A stretch of 64,000 nt of DNA from a bacterium (lineage in GTDB: Bacteria > UBA10199 > 2-02-FULL-44-16 > JAAZCA01), in contig JBAZOP010000002.1 in the NCBI GenBank assembly GCA_041648665.1, positions 50,262 to 114,261 on the forward strand, in the 5' to 3' direction. Numbering within the stretch: the first letter of the stretch is position 1; each line of letters begins with the position of its first letter. Shown here piece after piece: positions 33,209 to 42,764 of this stretch. Both the position numbers and the translations under genes were made by a program. The notes under the pieces were generated by a model. The model saw only the letters and a list, made by a program, of their open reading frames with translations, did not search any database and was not told the origin of the DNA.

Positions 33209-35656
33209 CTAGCCTAGCGTACTGCGCGTCACGCGGAACGTCCAGCGCACGTCGCCGTAGGTGATAGCCCCAAACCCCTCGGCGCGCACGCGCACCCCGT
33301 CCACCTCGTCGTCCACGGAATCCGTGATGTCGCGATCAACCCACCCCGCGACTGGATACCACGTCACGGGATCGTTCACCCCGCTCTGCACCGGCAGCGC
33401 GCCCGTGTCCACCGTCGGGAAGACGGCCCCGCCCCCGATCTGGAGGATGCGCAGCCGATGGCCGTTCCCGGGCGCAGCCAGCTCGCCGCGCTGCTCCATG
33501 GTCAGCAGCACGCGCCCAGAGATCCCAAGATCCAGGAACTCCCCGCCCGTGAGCACCTTCTCGGAGAGCCGCCCCGCCAGCATGTCCAGCATGGTCAGGT
33601 CCCACTCTGTGGTGACCACCCACTCGGCCACGCGCGCATGGATGGGCAGCAGCTTGTCCTCGATCTTGGCCTGCAGCCGGGCAATGGCCACCTGCATCTC
33701 CGCATCGGTCCCGTAGTGGTCATACGCCTGGGCCTTGGGCTCGATGAGCACGCGCACGCGGTACGACCGGCAGTAGCAGCAATCCCCCTTGTCCACCTCG
33801 GGCCAGTACCGCACCGCCACGTGCGCCCCAGGCCCCGGCACCGTCGCGCCCACGCCCGTGCCCACGATGACCGTCCAGCGCCCCACGTCCTGGTCCGGGA
33901 ATCCCGGCACAGGCGCCGTCACGGTCCACGCCGCATCCTCGTAGTCGATCCAGTACACCTGATCGTCCAAGGCGGGCGGCGTCACCCCGTGCTCGTAGAC
34001 CGTCAGGCCGAAGTTGCCCCGGCGGAAGCTGAACGCATCCGCCTGGCAGCGCATCATCTCCACGGTCACGCGGTAGCCCGCTGCCAGGTTCATCGACGCT
34101 GCCTCGGTCGCGGAGAGCGCATCCGCCGCGATGATGATCGCGGGCGTGCGCGGCAGCGGGTCCACCTCCGACACCTGGCCGTAGTATCCCTGCGTCACGT
34201 CCAGCGCGAAGGCCAGCCCCACCGACATGCCGTCGGTCATCGCCGCGTCCTCGTACAGGTAGGCCCGGTCCGCCAGCGTCAGCCACGCCGGAGAGGGGAA
34301 GAGGATGGGGTCGTGGTCGAACGTGTCGTAGTACTGCTCGTCGCCACGGATGTCGTCAAACCGCAGCGACCGTGGCTCCAGGTCGGTGTACCACGTGCCC
34401 CCGTACTCGAACACGTGCGCCGCGGGCAGCATGGCGGCCAGGTCCGCGTCGCAGATGTGCCAGAGCCCCTGCACGACCACGTCGAACAGGCTGATCTCTC
34501 CACGGATGCGATAGGCGTCCTGCGCCCCCTTGCATCCGAAGTACTGCCACAAGTGCGCGATGGCCGCCCGCTGCCTATCCTCCGGGTCGTTGCGGTCGTT
34601 GTCGAAGCCGTAGTCCTTGGCTAGGTGATCCAGCACCCGCGGAGGCATGAACTGGAGGTAATACCCCCGCGCCAGCCAGTGCGCGGTCATCGGCACGTCG
34701 TAGATCGAGTAGACGCCAAGCAGGCCCAGATCGGGCACCAGGGTCCCCCCCAGGTAGTCCACGGTCCCCAGCGGATTGACCAGATCAAGAGCAACTGGGT
34801 TCATTGGATCCACCGCGCGGTAAAGCGTCCCAGTATCAGGCGTCGGATCGGGAACGTCGTAGAGCCGCAGCGGGCCTGCATCCGTGAGGATATCGAGCAC
34901 GATGGCAGCACCCAGAGCGGTGCCCGTGGTGTTCGACCGCAGCCGCACCAGCGGCCCTGGCAGCGTCACCGGGGGCACTGCCGTCCCGTCCCCACGCCCC
35001 ACCGGGACGCCAGATCCGAAGACACCAGCGTCCGTGGCCGCGTTGCCAGTCACAACCCACCCCGCCGGCCGCTGGAATGGCAGCGCCAGCTCGCCCCCCT
35101 GCACCCACACCTCGTTCGCCAGCGAGCGCCCCGCCGCGTAGATGGCCGCCTGATCGAAGCTCCGCGTCCGCACCAGAGCGACCTTGTACTCGGTCGGATC
35201 CTCCGCCCCCGTCACATCGTCAACCGCTGGGATCGTAGTGCGCCACCAGCGCGCCGTGCTGCTGATCGGAGCGTAGGGGTACCATGGGTAGCGGTCAGCA
35301 GGCCCGACCGGCGCAGCCAGCGGGTCGCCCGTGTTGGGCATCTGGGAAAAGTCCGCCTCCCCGATCAGCCTCGTCACGCTGCCCCACACGTCCGACGCCC
35401 AGGCCCGCGCCTCCCCCACGTAGAACCACTCGGACTCCGTGCTGTCCGCCCGGGCCTCGTAGGGGTCCCGCTGGATCGGCAGCTGCCCGATGGCCCCCAG
35501 GAACGCCTCCAGCTCGTCGCCGTAGATGCCCAGGAGCTGCTCCAGGTAGCCATGCGCGTCCAGCTCCCGCTGCTGGATGGGCACGTTGTCCCAGAGCACC
35601 CGGCGGCCCCAGAACCCCTTCCCGAAGAACCCGAACCCTGGCTCGCTCCAGCTCAA
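33209..35656 (-). CDS. large baseplate/tail structural protein (815 aa)
   Basis: TTG start with SD GAGGTGA, 20 nt after the 18-bp palindrome. Confidence 0.5.
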   Translation of the reverse strand: MSWSEPGFGFFGKGFWGRRVLWDNVPIQQRELDAHGYLEQLLGIYGDELEAFLGAIGQLPIQRDPYEARADSTESEWFYVGEARAWASDVWGSVTRLIGEADFSQMPNTGDPLAAPVGPADRYPWYPYAPISSTARWWRTTIPAVDDVTGAEDPTEYKVALVRTRSFDQAAIYAAGRSLANEVWVQGGELALPFQRPAGWVVTGNAATDAGVFGSGVPVGRGDGTAVPPVTLPGPLVRLRSNTTGTALGAAIVLDILTDAGPLRLYDVPDPTPDTGTLYRAVDPMNPVALDLVNPLGTVDYLGGTLVPDLGLLGVYSIYDVPMTAHWLARGYYLQFMPPRVLDHLAKDYGFDNDRNDPEDRQRAAIAHLWQYFGCKGAQDAYRIRGEISLFDVVVQGLWHICDADLAAMLPAAHVFEYGGTWYTDLEPRSLRFDDIRGDEQYYDTFDHDPILFPSPAWLTLADRAYLYEDAAMTDGMSVGLAFALDVTQGYYGQVSEVDPLPRTPAIIIAADALSATEAASMNLAAGYRVTVEMMRCQADAFSFRRGNFGLTVYEHGVTPPALDDQVYWIDYEDAAWTVTAPVPGFPDQDVGRWTVIVGTGVGATVPGPGAHVAVRYWPEVDKGDCCYCRSYRVRVLIEPKAQAYDHYGTDAEMQVAIARLQAKIEDKLLPIHARVAEWVVTTEWDLTMLDMLAGRLSEKVLTGGEFLDLGISGRVLLTMEQRGELAAPGNGHRLRILQIGGGAVFPTVDTGALPVQSGVNDPVTWYPVAGWVDRDITDSVDDEVDGVRVRAEGFGAITYGDVRWTFRVTRSTLG

Positions 35657-35689
35657 TAGTCACCTCACACAGCGAACACGTGTTCGCTG

Positions 35690-36217
35690 CTACACTCCGC
35701 CACGGGTGTTCCCTGACCCAGGCGTCACACTGGCATCCGATGATCTCTTCTTCCACAGACAGAAAAACTCGATCTCGCAATCCGTATCCGCGTCCACTGT
35801 CACGTGGAACCCAATGGTCGCACTCGCCTCCTTCTTCGGAGAAGCCAAAACAGGACAAAGGACAGACGCAGGAACCGTCACGTCTATCACGTCATACCCA
35901 GCCTTGTCCGCCAACGATGCTGCTACGCCGGTCAGGTCCGTCTTGGCAAGAATAGACCCCGCCAGCACGCCGCTACAATCCGTGCCAACTGCCGTATCTG
36001 TCAGATCCGCCGTACCGCCAAGACCACCGATATCCCATCCACACCCAGAAACGGTAACAACCTGCGAAGTATTCGTAAACACTCCCCACAACCCAACGAT
36101 TTCCACAGACCCGACTATATCAAAGCACTCATAAATGAGCGCCCCGCCGATAGCATCCCCTACCGCAACCGTTTTCGTTGACTTGTAGACAGGATCCGCT
36201 TCTGGATAGTACGTCAT
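35690..36217 (-). CDS. hypothetical protein (lower GC)
   Basis: 175-aa ORF. Confidence 0.4.
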   Translation of the reverse strand: MTYYPEADPVYKSTKTVAVGDAIGGALIYECFDIVGSVEIVGLWGVFTNTSQVVTVSGCGWDIGGLGGTADLTDTAVGTDCSGVLAGSILAKTDLTGVAASLADKAGYDVIDVTVPASVLCPVLASPKKEASATIGFHVTVDADTDCEIEFFCLWKKRSSDASVTPGSGNTRGGV

Positions 36218-36229
36218 GGCTCTACCTCG

Positions 36230-36562
36230 CTAGATGATGAATACATCTGACCCGTCGGTCTGCAATGTCACCGACGCTCCGTCCACGTTGATGACCAAAT
36301 CCAAGGCGGACCCCTCTATCAATTCCCCAGCCTCGGTCGCTACTGTAATGTTGTTCAACGACGCATTCATCCCGCTGTCCTTAACGGTGATCGTGTTCCC
36401 GCCCTTAGCAATCCACGCGGACTTCAGGTTGATCGTCACCGGAGCCGTTGCCGTATGGCTAACCAACAGCGTGGCCATGCGGTCATCCGCCAACACGTCA
36501 TAGGAAACCGCTGCAACATCGTAGTGCTCGTTGCGGATATATCGCTGTCCACCTCGCTCCAT
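36230..36562 (-). CDS. hypothetical protein (lower GC)
   Basis: 110-aa ORF. Confidence 0.4.
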   Translation of the reverse strand: MERGGQRYIRNEHYDVAAVSYDVLADDRMATLLVSHTATAPVTINLKSAWIAKGGNTITVKDSGMNASLNNITVATEAGELIEGSALDLVINVDGASVTLQTDGSDVFII

Positions 36563-39500
36563 TAGAACGCCTCCACTTCTGGGTCAATCACGTTATATCC
36601 GTCCACAATCAGATTCGTCACCGTAGCACCAATGTCGATGCCCAACCGGCAATGCGCCATCTTGATGTCCATCCCACCACCACCGGAATCGGTTATAGAT
36701 GGGTTAGCACCAGGGGTAGTTTTCCGAATCGTGCAATCGTATAGCACGGCGGGTGCGGTGTCGTCGTACAAATCAATCACTGGAAAATCACCCAGCATGA
36801 TAAGTGTACACCCAGATAGCTTATTGGAACTACCAAGGTGCCAGACATCTGTACCAGTACGAGTTGAACGGTAACATCTGATAAAGGTACACTTTTCAGC
36901 GCCACCAACCCCTCCAACCCGCGAACCCCAGCAATCCTCCCCGCCAACACAATCAGTGTACACCCCGTTGCATGAACCTGGGACAGCCGCACCGCCAGAA
37001 CCGAAGGAACGTTCACCCGCAGTACACCGAGTAACGCTGCCTTTGACCGTACAACACGCAACAGAATCAGCGGTAACGATGCACGATCCAAACGACCTAA
37101 CCCCGGCGTGACAATCAGTGGCGACCCCCTGGAACGCAGCCGTAACACCAGCAGGGGGGTTATTAGTCACACCAAAGCACCCGTCACCCCCTGTAACCCT
37201 ATTCAGAATAGCGTCACATAGCGCGTTGTTATCAACCGACGTACCGAAACATCCGTCCCCTCCAATGGTGTCCTCTATCGTCCCGCTGCAAGTTCCAGGG
37301 CTACTTGCACCATATCCAAAGGAATAATCCCCAGACTCGCAATGCTTGGCAGTTCCAGTAAACGACGCTGATGCGGGTTGCACAGTAGCAGCACCAAAGG
37401 AATAAATCCCAGCAACACAATGATCCAAATCGCCGCTACAAAGCATATCATACATCGTAGAATCATCAGCACCGCACCCAAAGCAACGCTCCGTTCCGAT
37501 GCAGTCAGACGCCTCTCCGCTGAAAGTGCTATGCCCATGTTCCGCATATCCGTAACTGTAGCCACGGGCCTCACAATCTACCATTGTCGCGGAGCACTCC
37601 GCGTTTCCACCAGTTCCAGGAGGAGCGCCGGTCAACACAGAAACACCAAACGCATAGTTGCCTGGAACAACACATCGAGTCAGCGTCCCAGCACACAACA
37701 CATTTCCACCATTGCTCGCAACACCAAAACTACATGTGCCAGCAACACAGTCCATTGCTGTACCATCAAACGTTGCCCCCACATCTGGACCTGAAGACGC
37801 GCCAAAGCTCAATGAACCCGCTGTACAATTCTTGTAAAGCCCAGTAGCAGAACCACCATAAATGAACCCGTTCAAGTCCGTGTGGCAATCGTACCATGCA
37901 GATGAACACGACACCCCCATAAGCATCACCGCATAAGGCGGCGATACACCGGTCCCACGGAAGAACAACTCCTTGAACACACTACTAGGACTATCCTTCC
38001 GCATCAACAAACAAGCCTGTCCAGGAGTAGTAGCTATTTTCAAAATGCCGATCCGCTCCATGCGACCGCTATCAGCATCCCACCCCAGATCTATCCCATC
38101 AGGCACCAAGATCCTGGTCGAAGGTGTGCGAGCATCCCCGGACGCCTCCAGCACAGGAGAACTCCCCGCGCCGACAACCGACACATACTCCTGATCCAGA
38201 TCCTTGCTGGCACCCATAACATAGGTTCCGCTCTGCAACTCAATGGTGAGCATGTTCGACGCGCTAAGTGCGACGCCTAACGAAACCCAGTTTGGAGCAC
38301 AATCATACGTGTGCTCGAACAGCCTCCACCCTGCTGTCGGATCGGAGGACAAATCCAACGACGCAGGAATCCTGACGCAATCGTGCGCTGAACGGTATTC
38401 GCTTTCCCCATTCCACCAGCCGCGACCGTAGGCTCCAAGATTATCCAACGTGAAACCGACGAAAGACAGCCCACCGAGATCGGGACACGCCATCGCCATG
38501 GTTACGAGTGACGACTCATCGAAGACGATCGCGTTGCAAGTCGTGTGGTACTGTGCATTGACACTAGGATCCGGACCCATCCCAAAGTAACTGTCGATCA
38601 GAGCCTTCGACCGATGGATCACCGCGCCCCTGACGTTTCCGTACCCGCCATCAACCCTACCGTAAGCGTACGGATTCCCAAAGATGTCCCTGTCAAAGTT
38701 TGCGAAGTACTCGCAGTCCTCCATCCAGTTGATCCTGCACACCCCACACATGAACACTGACGACCTCGCGGCATAGATATCGATACGGTTATCCTGAAAC
38801 CACCCACCAGGAACGTCACTGGTGTCAACGTGCGCACAGATCCACGAATGGTTCCCACCGTCATCTTGCGCTGGGCTGTCCTTCAAATAGAGTTTCATGA
38901 CCCTGGTGGCGTCCAACTCATCGGCAGTTCCGCTGGCGTCGTTGAAAACATAGAAGCTCTCACGGACAGCGCCATTGATCTCCACGACATGAAAATCCGG
39001 CATCGGGAAACCGCAGCCTGCGTTCGCGTTCTGAACCTGTATACTGCCATCAACCAGCCTGAACCCTTGCGGGTAATTGTCATCATGAATCTTCAACCCC
39101 GGTTCCCATCCCACAGATGGCTTGCGCACAAATCTGACCGTTGGCGCATCCTTGTCCGTAGCCAGCCCGTAGGTATTCCACAGCTGAGGATCAATCGTCC
39201 ACATGATGGCATTTGGCGTGGACAGCCGACAGTTGTCCCCCGTTATCGTGATGTGCATCCTCTGCGGAAGATACGTTGCCATCCCCTCGGCGTACACTCC
39301 GGGAGCAAGGTGGAACGTGAGGGGCTGCAAGAACACTGCAACATCCAACGGCCCAGGAATCGGTTGCGCATCACACGCCGCTTTGAACGTCTGGTACGGC
39401 TTCCCGATGGACCCGTCCCCCGTCACATCATTCCCGTCCACAGCGTCCACGTAGATCTCGCCGTTGCCGGTGATGGCCACGCTGCCTGTGATCGGCACCC

Positions 39501-39687
39501 ACGCACCGTTCATCCGCCCCACGAACTCGTTCGTCGTGGTGCTGTAGTACCATGTCCCATCGACGGGCACGCCGAGGCCGTCCTGCGTCGAGTCCCAGCG
39601 GTTGGCCAACACGAACGCCGTCGCCGCAGCGTCATCCACGAGGTTGCCGAGGAAGTTCTTGTTGCCGTAGGGATCTTGAAACGCCAT
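36562..39687 (-). CDS. Cys-rich-repeat tailspike / receptor-binding protein (1041 aa)
   Basis: More than 10 repeats of a C-x-G-x-(Y/R)SFG-type unit (GTCSFGVA, GIYSFGAAT, GDYSFGYGA, GDGCFGTS, GVRSFGSC, GERSFGSG). GC markedly lower at 36.6-38.9 kb. Confidence 0.5.
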   Translation of the reverse strand: MAFQDPYGNKNFLGNLVDDAAATAFVLANRWDSTQDGLGVPVDGTWYYSTTTNEFVGRMNGAWVPITGSVAITGNGEIYVDAVDGNDVTGDGSIGKPYQTFKAACDAQPIPGPLDVAVFLQPLTFHLAPGVYAEGMATYLPQRMHITITGDNCRLSTPNAIMWTIDPQLWNTYGLATDKDAPTVRFVRKPSVGWEPGLKIHDDNYPQGFRLVDGSIQVQNANAGCGFPMPDFHVVEINGAVRESFYVFNDASGTADELDATRVMKLYLKDSPAQDDGGNHSWICAHVDTSDVPGGWFQDNRIDIYAARSSVFMCGVCRINWMEDCEYFANFDRDIFGNPYAYGRVDGGYGNVRGAVIHRSKALIDSYFGMGPDPSVNAQYHTTCNAIVFDESSLVTMAMACPDLGGLSFVGFTLDNLGAYGRGWWNGESEYRSAHDCVRIPASLDLSSDPTAGWRLFEHTYDCAPNWVSLGVALSASNMLTIELQSGTYVMGASKDLDQEYVSVVGAGSSPVLEASGDARTPSTRILVPDGIDLGWDADSGRMERIGILKIATTPGQACLLMRKDSPSSVFKELFFRGTGVSPPYAVMLMGVSCSSAWYDCHTDLNGFIYGGSATGLYKNCTAGSLSFGASSGPDVGATFDGTAMDCVAGTCSFGVASNGGNVLCAGTLTRCVVPGNYAFGVSVLTGAPPGTGGNAECSATMVDCEARGYSYGYAEHGHSTFSGEASDCIGTERCFGCGADDSTMYDMLCSGDLDHCVAGIYSFGAATVQPASASFTGTAKHCESGDYSFGYGASSPGTCSGTIEDTIGGDGCFGTSVDNNALCDAILNRVTGGDGCFGVTNNPPAGVTAAFQGVATDCHAGVRSFGSCIVTADSVACCTVKGSVTRCTAGERSFGSGGAAVPGSCNGVYTDCVGGEDCWGSRVGGVGGAEKCTFIRCYRSTRTGTDVWHLGSSNKLSGCTLIMLGDFPVIDLYDDTAPAVLYDCTIRKTTPGANPSITDSGGGGMDIKMAHCRLGIDIGATVTNLIVDGYNVIDPEVEAF

Positions 39688-39704
39688 AGCGTCGTCCTCC
39701 TAAA

Positions 39705-40325
39705 TCAGATCACGCTCCAGGTCATCGCGCCGTCGATGTTCATGTAGATGACCCCGGTCAATGTATCACGGTAGGGCGTGCCCGCCAGGGCCGTCACCAC
39801 CCCGTTCGGGTTCCCCGCGCCCGTCATCCAGCCTGATCCACCCGTCGCCGGGAAGGCGAACAGGGTTGTAGGCGTCAGCAAGTCCAGCCGCGCACCGTTG
39901 AACCACTGGATGGTGTAGTCGTCGTTGACCACGCCGAAGACCATGCGCGAGGAAGAGATTTCCGTCTGGCTCACGTCCAGCTCCCACTGGACGGCCTGGG
40001 GACCCACGGCACCGGGCTGCAGGTCGGCGCAGATGAGACCACCCCGCACCAGCGTGAGGTCGTTGGGCCCAACTGAGATCTCGACCTGCAGCGTGCGCGA
40101 GATGAAGATGGCAGAGTCCACCTGGGTGAACGTCCAAGCTCCCGGCGCGTTCGTGACCTCGACGGTCGGAAGCTGCCGATGGATCAGTGTGAGGTGCTCC
40201 AGCAGCGCAAACGCCGTCGCATCCGCCCCCTGGGCGAAGGTGCCGAACAGCTGCTGCCACTTCTGCCAGTCCGCGTTCCACGGCGGGATCGGCCACTGGA
40301 AGCGTCCTGTGTACTCGTTGGCCAT
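39705..40325 (-). CDS. tail/baseplate protein (gpI-position)
   Basis: Follows the baseplate J-like gene. Confidence 0.4.
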   Translation of the reverse strand: MANEYTGRFQWPIPPWNADWQKWQQLFGTFAQGADATAFALLEHLTLIHRQLPTVEVTNAPGAWTFTQVDSAIFISRTLQVEISVGPNDLTLVRGGLICADLQPGAVGPQAVQWELDVSQTEISSSRMVFGVVNDDYTIQWFNGARLDLLTPTTLFAFPATGGSGWMTGAGNPNGVVTALAGTPYRDTLTGVIYMNIDGAMTWSVI

Positions 40326-40335
40326 CCTCGTCCTC

Positions 40336-42555
40336 CTACGCCGCCAGGTTGCTGATCGCCAGCGACCCCAGCGTGATGATCCGGTTGGCGGCCGGCACGA
40401 GGTTGCCCTCCGGATCGATATCCGAGGGCCCCGTGATGGCGATGTTCGTGTAGACCATGCCGACCGCGGCCTCCTCCACCACTCGGTGCAGGTCCGACAG
40501 GTACAGCGGCTCGTTGAAGTCGCGGCCCTTCAGCAGCTCCACGATGGCCGCCCGCGCCTTGGCCGCCTCCTCCTCGTACACGTAGGCTGGCCCAACGAGC
40601 AGCTCGACCTCGATCTGGGCCGGCACCAGCGCAGCGGCACCGTTTACCACCTGCACCTGCTGCGTGACCTCCTTGATGCCGTCCAGGTACGCCTGGAGTC
40701 CCATGATGAGCCCAACCGATGGCGCCACGTAGTTGCCATCGGCGTCCAGCGACAGGATGGGCACCTGCACGTAGTTGCTCAGGCAGTCGTCGCTGAACAT
40801 CTGGGCGATGCGGACGCGCATCGCATCGGTCTTGACCACGATGTTGGCCTGCAGATCCTCCGCTTTGCCGTCGATATCCGCTGCCTCAGCGCCCAGCGTG
40901 ATCACCAGCGTCTGCAAGCTCGTGGCTGCCGCATCCACGGCCACCTTGATCGCCGGGATCGAGGTGTCCGGCGCCACTGGCGCGTCGTTCGTGAGGGCGT
41001 CCAGCGTGGGGTTGAGCAGGGTGCTGACCGTCAAGTCCAGCATGCCCCCCGCCGCCTGGACCGCGGCCAGGGCCGTCGCCCCCTGCCCCGTAATGCCAGT
41101 CGCCTGGCCGATGGCCGACGTCAGCTCATCAAGTACGTGCGTGCGCGCCGCGCTCGGCGCGAAATTCGCATCATCACTGACGTACGCGTACAAAACCTCC
41201 AACGCCGTCTTCTGGTTCGCTGACGTATCGTTGACGACGGCGATGGCTGTCTCGGCCGTCGTTCCCTGCGCCCGGGCAGCCTGCACGTTGACCTTGGCGC
41301 TCGTAACCCATCCCACGAGGCTGTCCGCCCCCAAAGCCCGCAGATTCTCCAGGGCAGCCATCTGCGCCTGGATCGTGGCCACGTACGTGCTCATGGTGGT
41401 GGCCCCGGTGGCCAGATCCGCCTCCAGGGCAGCCACAGCCGCGACGTACGCTACCAAGTACGCCTCCACATCCTCGACCAGGTTGTTGAAGGTCAGGTCC
41501 GCGTAGGTGCCGCGGGGGTTGAACGCGTACGCCTTGGCCACCGACCCGTACAATGGGTCCACGAAGCTATTGGACAGGGCGTCGTAGTCCAGGGCCGTGA
41601 TGGCCGCGCCGCGCGCAGCGAACGACAGCGGGGCCAGGCGCCGGGCGTGGTCGGTCTCCTCGGGGTCCGTGCCGCCCGTAGGGGCCACCTCGTGGTCCAC
41701 CTCGAACGTGACCTCGGCCCCGCCAATGGAGAGCACGTCGATGCTGCTGCTGATGCTGTGCGCCTTGGGCTCGTTGCCCTTGATCCCGTCGATCACGACG
41801 AAGCGGAGCTTGACCTCCGCACCCGTAGGCGGGATGGCGCCCGCGATGCCATCGCCGAACCGCACGAGGGGCGGCTGCGCCGTGTAGTCCACCTCGAACT
41901 GCTCGTCGTTGGCGTAGGTGAGGAAGGTGCGCTCCTCCCACTCCAAGCCGTCCACCCAGGCTTCCACGCTCAGATCAGCCAGGTAGCGATCCTCGGGCAC
42001 GCTCGACAGCGGGTAGGTCTGGTTGGCCGCCCCGTTCGCCGTGAACGTCAGCAGGAACGTGTCGCCCTGGCGCACGCTCACTGTCCGCTGGGTTCCTGGA
42101 GCCAACGCCAGGGGCTCAACGAGCGCCGCGTAGGACTCGTAGACGAGCCCCGCCGGCCCCTGGTACCGCCACCGCGCGGGCATCGTGAAGGGCCCCGTGG
42201 TGCCATCGGGGAAGGTCAGCGAGAGTTCCACGCTGGCCGCCGCGGCCGGACGCATCTTGTAGCCCAGCTGCCGCACGATCCTGTTCGCGGCGCTCGGCGT
42301 GCGGGCTGTCTCCAGGAAGCAGTCCGACGCCGTCCGGTCCAGGTACCACTGGAGCTGCGCCGTGGCGTAGGCCATCATCTCGATGAGCATGATGCCCTGC
42401 GTCGTAGTGGCGTAGTCGTTGTACACCGTGGTATAGACCGCCTTCAGCCGCCGCAGCAAGTCGTCGAAGATCGACGCGTAGTCGCGGGCCGCGTACTTCA
42501 CCGTGTTGAGCGGCGCCCGGTCAGCTACCAGCGGCTCGTATGGATCGGTTGCCAT
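40336..42555 (-). CDS. baseplate J-like protein (gp6/gpJ/Mu gp47 family)
   Basis: N-terminal ARDYASIFDDLLRRLKAVY...GIMLIEMMAYATAQLQWYL is the typical Baseplate_J signature. Confidence 0.6.
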   Translation of the reverse strand: MATDPYEPLVADRAPLNTVKYAARDYASIFDDLLRRLKAVYTTVYNDYATTTQGIMLIEMMAYATAQLQWYLDRTASDCFLETARTPSAANRIVRQLGYKMRPAAAASVELSLTFPDGTTGPFTMPARWRYQGPAGLVYESYAALVEPLALAPGTQRTVSVRQGDTFLLTFTANGAANQTYPLSSVPEDRYLADLSVEAWVDGLEWEERTFLTYANDEQFEVDYTAQPPLVRFGDGIAGAIPPTGAEVKLRFVVIDGIKGNEPKAHSISSSIDVLSIGGAEVTFEVDHEVAPTGGTDPEETDHARRLAPLSFAARGAAITALDYDALSNSFVDPLYGSVAKAYAFNPRGTYADLTFNNLVEDVEAYLVAYVAAVAALEADLATGATTMSTYVATIQAQMAALENLRALGADSLVGWVTSAKVNVQAARAQGTTAETAIAVVNDTSANQKTALEVLYAYVSDDANFAPSAARTHVLDELTSAIGQATGITGQGATALAAVQAAGGMLDLTVSTLLNPTLDALTNDAPVAPDTSIPAIKVAVDAAATSLQTLVITLGAEAADIDGKAEDLQANIVVKTDAMRVRIAQMFSDDCLSNYVQVPILSLDADGNYVAPSVGLIMGLQAYLDGIKEVTQQVQVVNGAAALVPAQIEVELLVGPAYVYEEEAAKARAAIVELLKGRDFNEPLYLSDLHRVVEEAAVGMVYTNIAITGPSDIDPEGNLVPAANRIITLGSLAISNLAA

Positions 42556-42629
42556 GGCGATCTTACCATTTCACAAACAGGACGAGATGCCGCTTGACAT
42601 TCGCCCCAACGTGACCCATATTGTCTCCT

Positions 42630-42764
42630 ATGAGACGCGAAAACTTCAAGGTCAACCTGGATCCCGACTTGGCCGCCTGGCTCCGCGCCGAGGCCGCCCG
42701 CCGCCGCTGCTCCTTCTCGCAGGTCGTGCGGGAACTCATCGCCGCCGCCATGGCCCAAAAATGA
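42630..42764 (+). CDS. ribbon-helix-helix small protein (44 aa), translationally coupled to TnpB
   Basis: Hand-translated MRRENFKVNLDPDLAAWLRAEAARRRCSFSQVVRELIAAAMAQK. Its stop overlaps the tnpB ATG as ATGA. Confidence 0.45.
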   Translation: MRRENFKVNLDPDLAAWLRAEAARRRCSFSQVVRELIAAAMAQK

